Virus record (IMG/VR): IMGVR_UViG_3300045988_150944
Direction: 5' to 3' (one strand)
Length of the DNA stretch: 39,821 nucleotides
Origin: a virus
The notes under the pieces were generated by a model that saw only the letters and a list, made by a program, of their open reading frames with translations, did no database searches and was not told the origin of the DNA. How positions within the stretch are numbered: the stretch's first letter is position 1; every line of letters begins with the position of its first letter. Shown one piece after another: positions 35,932 to 39,821 of the stretch. A program made the translations under genes and the position numbers.

Positions 35932-36156
35932 ATGAAAAACCACAGAAATCGTTTAAAGATTAATATCATGTACTACTGGTCCGTTATCAGCCTTGCCGTA
36001 ACTGGTTCGGTCTGCCACATTGTCCATTATGTGAAAACAGGGCGAGTGCCCCCAAAAAAACCAAAGTACAGCCAAGAGGAGCTTCGGGAAGAATTGAGAA
36101 AGATTGCTGAAGAATATGAAAAGGCCCCAGTTGAGGGTCCGGGACCTGAAGAGTAG
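35932..36156 (+). CDS. small membrane protein
   Basis: MKNHRNRLKINIMYYWSVISLAVTGSVCHIVHYV has one TM helix. A GAGGGG RBS is present. It is convergent with the lysin gene and lies just downstream of the IS right end. Confidence 0.5.
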   Translation: MKNHRNRLKINIMYYWSVISLAVTGSVCHIVHYVKTGRVPPKKPKYSQEELREELRKIAEEYEKAPVEGPGPEE

Positions 36157-36286
36157 GATATTGGGGGCGAGGCCAATGGAGAGCATGCCTCCCGGCGTCG
36201 CCCTTTTTTGATTATAGCGCGGGCATATCTTTTGCCCCCTATATCCAACAAACGGATAAGGGTATGGTTTTGTGACTTAGGTACGC

Positions 36287-37030
36287 TTATATTTTGTACC
36301 GTCTAGCAATCTCGTCATACTCAGCAATCTGTAATGCTCCTTGGTCATCCGTTACCATACATTTACCCTCATTTACTCCTTTATCTGGGCAAAGTAGATA
36401 CTTACGGCCGTCCGGCGCCGCCTGATAACCTGTCAGCATATATCCTGCAGCATCAAACAAATACCATGCGGATGTTCCTGTTGTGACCTCCATCAGCCAG
36501 TACCAGCCGCCGTGTGCGTAACTTCCGTCTTTATACTGATACCACCAGCGCTGCCCATCCGCAGCAGGAAGAAAACCTTCATGGTTTTTTTTAGGCCACG
36601 TGGTGATGAACTTGTCCGGCGTGCCATATTGCTGCCGGAGCTGTGCCGTGGTACTGCCCCAATCCGGCAGGTATAGATGTGGCTTATCCACAATGCTGTG
36701 CCAGTCTCCACCCCAGCCCAATCCCAGCTGCTTACCGATGGCCCCAACCTTCCCGAAGAAATTGCCGGACTCATTGTATGCTCCGTTCCCGTCGTTTCGG
36801 AAGAAGTCAAACGCAATGCCCCACTGGTGCTGTGAACTGTAACTGCTACCCCTGGCATTTGTCACGATATTCCCAGGCTTTGTTCGGCCCTGGGCATACA
36901 GTTCCTCTTGTTCCGCCACGGTTCGAAAGCACTCTCCAACCTTAATAATTAACCCTTGCTTTTTGCATTCCTCTACAAGTCTCCCTGCCAGCTCCTGCAA
37001 GCGGGGATGGCACATTGTTATATCTCTCAT
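36287..37030 (-). CDS. endolysin: M15-family peptidase plus cell-wall-binding YG repeats
   Basis: SQHQWGIAFDF and GGDWHSIVDKPH are zinc-ligand motifs of the VanY/M15_4 type. The C-terminus has GWYWL...WYLFDAAGYMLTGY repeats. Confidence 0.9.
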   Translation of the reverse strand: MRDITMCHPRLQELAGRLVEECKKQGLIIKVGECFRTVAEQEELYAQGRTKPGNIVTNARGSSYSSQHQWGIAFDFFRNDGNGAYNESGNFFGKVGAIGKQLGLGWGGDWHSIVDKPHLYLPDWGSTTAQLRQQYGTPDKFITTWPKKNHEGFLPAADGQRWWYQYKDGSYAHGGWYWLMEVTTGTSAWYLFDAAGYMLTGYQAAPDGRKYLLCPDKGVNEGKCMVTDDQGALQIAEYDEIARRYKI

Positions 37031-37158
37031 AGCCTTGTCCTCCTAGAATATATTATGCGAAAAGGCCCAGTATGTCCCAGGCCCTATGTACTGCTGTTGC
37101 AACGTCGCAACGCCGGCGTCACCCTGCCGGCCGGGAGATAGACGGATCACCATCCTCT

Positions 37159-37428
37159 CTACTGTCCACTGCCACTTTTAAGTTGCTTGTACATCTGGTT
37201 AACCCCCGTAGCTGCAAGGCCAGATACAACGCCTACCGCTGCCGCGTTGATGATATCTGTTGCCGGGTAATCGGGCATCGTATACATGCCTACAACACCC
37301 AGAGCGGCCCCAATTACGCCGCAAATCACCGGCAGCCACTTATTGTCTACCGATGTCGCCTTAACCGCCATAGCGGCCAAATAACACAGTGCTGTGATTC
37401 CTGCCACACTTGCAATTCCAAAATCCAT
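37159..37428 (-). CDS. holin
   Basis: 89 aa with 2-3 TM helices and a charged C-terminus. It lies between xhlA and the endolysin gene. Confidence 0.8.
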   Translation of the reverse strand: MDFGIASVAGITALCYLAAMAVKATSVDNKWLPVICGVIGAALGVVGMYTMPDYPATDIINAAAVGVVSGLAATGVNQMYKQLKSGSGQ

Positions 37429-37431
37429 ACC

Positions 37432-37677
37432 TTATACCTCTCTTTCTTTTTCTAAATCTGTGATACGGTGGTTTGCAACCTTAATCTGCTCCTGGATGAC
37501 CGCCTGGGCCTCCTCCAGTTTGTATGTCCGCTCTATCACCGTATTATGCTTATCTACCTTTTTTTCCAGTTGTTCCAGCCGATAATTGGTCAACTTCGCC
37601 GACGTTATGACACCGGCAAAAGCGCCGATGCCACTTCCGACCAGCGTAATTAGTGCAATTATTATCTCTGTTGGCAT
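37432..37677 (-). CDS. xhlA: XhlA-family lysis-associated membrane protein
   Basis: N-terminal TM helix followed by NYRLEQLEKKVDKHNTVIERTYKLEE...HRITDLEK, as in PBSX XhlA. Confidence 0.8.
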   Translation of the reverse strand: MPTEIIIALITLVGSGIGAFAGVITSAKLTNYRLEQLEKKVDKHNTVIERTYKLEEAQAVIQEQIKVANHRITDLEKEREV

Positions 37678-37686
37678 CTCCCCCTC

Positions 37687-37800
37687 CTATTCTGTCGGGT
37701 GGTCTTCCAGCCACTTCTCGGTCTGCGCCCGCCACAAAGGTGGCACATCCTCCAACTTCCGCTCTCTGGCCTGAATCTTAATCCCGTAAAATCTAGCCAT
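37687..37800 (-). CDS. small conserved phage protein (37 aa, MARFYGIKIQARERKLEDVPPLWRAQTEKWLE; XkdX-position)
   Basis: Hand-translated. It has a TGATG overlap with the upstream stop and an AAGGAGG RBS. Confidence 0.5.
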   Translation of the reverse strand: MARFYGIKIQARERKLEDVPPLWRAQTEKWLEDHPTE

Positions 37801-38192
37801 CACAGTGTGCCTCCTTCCATCTGCGCCGCCAGGGTACTTGTTACCGCTCCCAGGTCCTCAAGTGCCCCGTCCTGCACCTGCTGCCCCAGCTCCAAAGCGT
37901 CCAAACGCCGTTCCTCCGTCGTTTTCTCGCGTAGGCTATAAGTTGTAAGCACCGTACCGTCGGAGGCCACCACGGACGTTTCAGACACCAGCACAAGGTC
38001 GGTATAGGTTCCGACCGTCAGCCCGGCGCCGTTTTTAATCTGCACAGCAGCCAGGTTGTCCGGAGTAAGCAGCTCCCAAGTGGCAAGCATCGCCGCACGG
38101 TCAGCGGACAGCACCTGTAATGCTCCCAGGCTGGCTCCGGCCTCAAGTTCAATTTCGGCTCCATTTTTTAAAATCAGTTTGTCTTTGTTCAT
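37800..38192 (-). CDS. hypothetical protein (fibre/lysis junction)
   Basis: 130-aa ORF with a good coding appearance. Confidence 0.7.
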   Translation of the reverse strand: MNKDKLILKNGAEIELEAGASLGALQVLSADRAAMLATWELLTPDNLAAVQIKNGAGLTVGTYTDLVLVSETSVVASDGTVLTTYSLREKTTEERRLDALELGQQVQDGALEDLGAVTSTLAAQMEGGTL

Positions 38193-38223
38193 CTTCTTTC
38201 CTTCTTTCTTTTATTTTTTGTAT

Positions 38224-38250
38224 ATATAAAAAGAGTCCTAAAGGACTCTT
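38224..38250 (-). terminator. rho-independent terminator
   Basis: AAGAGTCC-TTTA-GGACTCTT on the - strand, followed by TTTTATATAT. Confidence 0.5.
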
Positions 38251-38259
38251 GATATTTCT

Positions 38260-38274
38260 GGTTAAATGGCGAGA
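38260..38274 (+). repeat. right copy of the 15-bp inverted repeat GGTTAAATGGCGAGA
   Basis: Exact reverse complement of 378-392. It is read in the frame of the downstream ORF as (W)LNGE, then M. Confidence 0.8.
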
Positions 38275-38510
38275 TGAAACAGGATTCTTTCAATTTGGAA
38301 AACAAACCAGTCGAACAGACGGATTTGAATGCGATTTATTCTGGCGTACATAGGTATTCAAATCTGTCTAAAAATATCCCTAGCGCATATAATGGTTACA
38401 TTATTGTTATGAAAAGGGGTGGGGGCACGTTGGGACAAATAGCACTTGACGATTCCGGAACACTTTATAGCCGTGTTTGTAATGATTTATCATGGATGAG
38501 CTGGAAATAA
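38274..38510 (+). CDS. promoterless alternative tail-fibre C-terminal cassette (tip 2, knob-like)
   Basis: 78 codons: TDLNAIYSGVHRYSN..NIPSAYNGYIIVMKRGGGTLGQIALDDSGTLYSRVCNDLSWMSWK. I found no RBS. The frame is open from 38253 through the repeat. Confidence 0.6.
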   Translation: MKQDSFNLENKPVEQTDLNAIYSGVHRYSNLSKNIPSAYNGYIIVMKRGGGTLGQIALDDSGTLYSRVCNDLSWMSWK

Positions 38511-38664
38511 AAATAACAATTTAACTGCCAAAACCTTACGCAAATTTGCCTGTTTTTCATCGCTTGTTCCCAGCTACAAAAAACATTATGTCACCTATCC
38601 TATTTTGGGGCACAACAAATAAGCCACCCTCTCGGCTGACTAAAAAAATGCTTTCCATCACCCC

Positions 38665-39687
38665 TTAGGCAGCATATTTACGGTAAGATTCCCGGACATT
38701 ATCCTGTTTGATATTACAGTAAATCAATGTCGTCTCTATTTTGGTATGCCCCATCAAGACCATTACTTCTTCGATTCGCATTCCGCGATTCAGCAAGTCG
38801 GTTGCAAAGGTCCGACGGAACCGGTGTGGATGCACATTGCCGACTCCTGCCTTTTTCCCCAACTGCTTTACCAGATACTGCACTCCAGCCACTGTTATAC
38901 CTGTATACGGCTTTTTCACGGCCGCAAACAAGGGCTTCTCTGCCAATTCTTCTACTGTTAGTCCCTCTTTTTGCATCCTTTCTTTGAAATACCGGAACAG
39001 GTGGAAGCATGCCACGTCTGATATGTACAGATGTCTCTCTTTCCGGCCCTTTCCCATGACTTTAAACTCCTGTTTATATAAATCAATATCGCCTACCTTT
39101 AAGCTACAAAGCTCACTCACCCTGACACCAGTTGCATATAAAAATTCAATCAACGCCCTATCCCGGCTGCGGGTACATGACAGTCTCAATGCCTCTATTT
39201 CTTTTGCCGAAAAGGCTTGTTTTATAGTACTTTCAATACGTAAACTTTCTATTCTGGCAATCGGATTTTCCGATACCATGTTTTCTTTTTGCAGGAATGT
39301 CCAGAAACTGTTAAGGTATCGCATCCTCCCCTGCAGCGTTACCATACTGATATTGTTATGTTCTCTCAACATTCCGAAGTACCACCTCAAATCCATCGTT
39401 GTAATGTCCTCGATATTTTTATTCAAGGCGTTTCGGCAGTTGCTTATTTCCCTTACATACTGGGCCAGTGTATTGTTCTGCCGGCCGGATACTTTTTTAC
39501 TGGCAACAAACAACCTGATTTTAGCAGTATCGCTATCCGTTCCAGTTGCCTGCAGCTCGTTTTTTTCTTCCACAATTTTTTTATCGTGGAACTGGATATA
39601 AAGCACATTTTGAAGCTTATCCAACTGTTCTTCGTCCAGACAGTTACTCATCGCCTGGACAACATTCATCAACATTTCCTCTAACAC
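38665..39687 (-). CDS. XerC/D-like tyrosine recombinase (candidate invertase)
   Basis: ATGVRVSELCSL (Arg), HPHRFRRTFAT (H-x-x-R), MGHTKIETTLIY (His, Tyr). AAGGAGG lies 7 nt upstream of the GTG start. Confidence 0.9.
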   Translation of the reverse strand: MLEEMLMNVVQAMSNCLDEEQLDKLQNVLYIQFHDKKIVEEKNELQATGTDSDTAKIRLFVASKKVSGRQNNTLAQYVREISNCRNALNKNIEDITTMDLRWYFGMLREHNNISMVTLQGRMRYLNSFWTFLQKENMVSENPIARIESLRIESTIKQAFSAKEIEALRLSCTRSRDRALIEFLYATGVRVSELCSLKVGDIDLYKQEFKVMGKGRKERHLYISDVACFHLFRYFKERMQKEGLTVEELAEKPLFAAVKKPYTGITVAGVQYLVKQLGKKAGVGNVHPHRFRRTFATDLLNRGMRIEEVMVLMGHTKIETTLIYCNIKQDNVRESYRKYAA

Positions 39688-39766
39688 TCAAAAACCTCCT
39701 TCCTGATATCTCTACAATATCAAAAAAGAGGTTCTTTCGCCCTGATTTTTGTAAGATTTTCTCAGC

Positions 39767-39821
39767 TAAATTGTTATTTCGAACTTATACTGTAAGAGAC
39801 GATAAATTATATTTTTTAGTC
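39767..39821. repeat. second copy of the 55-bp terminal overlap
   Basis: Identical to 1-55. Confidence 0.9.

Noticed and set aside
38714-39684. Multiple ORFs (286, 131, 98, 86 and 71 aa) overlapping the recombinase gene
   Set aside because: They are antisense or off-frame relative to a recombinase with all catalytic motifs, and no RBS is present.

Overview
The window is a complete, circularly closed genome of a temperate siphovirus-type phage. The host is probably Gram-positive and Clostridia-like, judged from the XhlA-holin-M15 lysin cassette, the cell-wall-binding YG repeats and the strong GGAGG ribosome-binding sites. Positions 1-55 are identical to 39767-39821, so the unique circle is about 39,766 bp.

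Most genes are on the - strand. In transcription order they are:
- Early region, 31.1 to 19.2 kb: cro-like HTH, Xis-like HTH, Gp157, Sak4-like ATPase, DUF669-type SSB, CHC2 zinc-finger protein, P-loop primase/helicase, an iteron origin, resolvase, SF2 helicase, methyltransferase-like protein, and a sigma-like late activator.
- Packaging, head and tail, 18.2 to 0 kb: TerS, TerL, portal, MuF minor head protein, scaffold, major capsid, connectors, major tail, G/GT chaperones with a -1 frameshift site, tape measure, Dit, Tal and tail fibre.
- Across the circular junction: a second tyrosine recombinase and the lysis cassette, 38.2 to 36.3 kb.
- On the + strand: CI/LexA-like repressor, integrase, an IS6-like insertion sequence with an 8-bp target duplication, and several morons.

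The most interesting signal is a candidate invertible tail-fibre-tip cassette. A 15-bp inverted repeat sits in frame in the fibre gene (378-392) and at the 5' end of a promoterless, oppositely oriented knob-like ORF (38260-38274). The two copies bracket about 1.9 kb that contains a XerC/D-like tyrosine recombinase.

Other notable items:
- a MuF minor-head protein with a toxin-like C-terminal domain and a coupled small Cys-rich ORF
- a ~330-nt GC-rich non-coding block with a tRNA-like T-arm upstream of the packaging genes
- morons with their own promoters and terminators
- a fragmented PP-loop ATPase gene
- a clear iteron origin
- a clear cro/cI switch region

All functional calls rest on motif recognition by eye. 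No database search was run.
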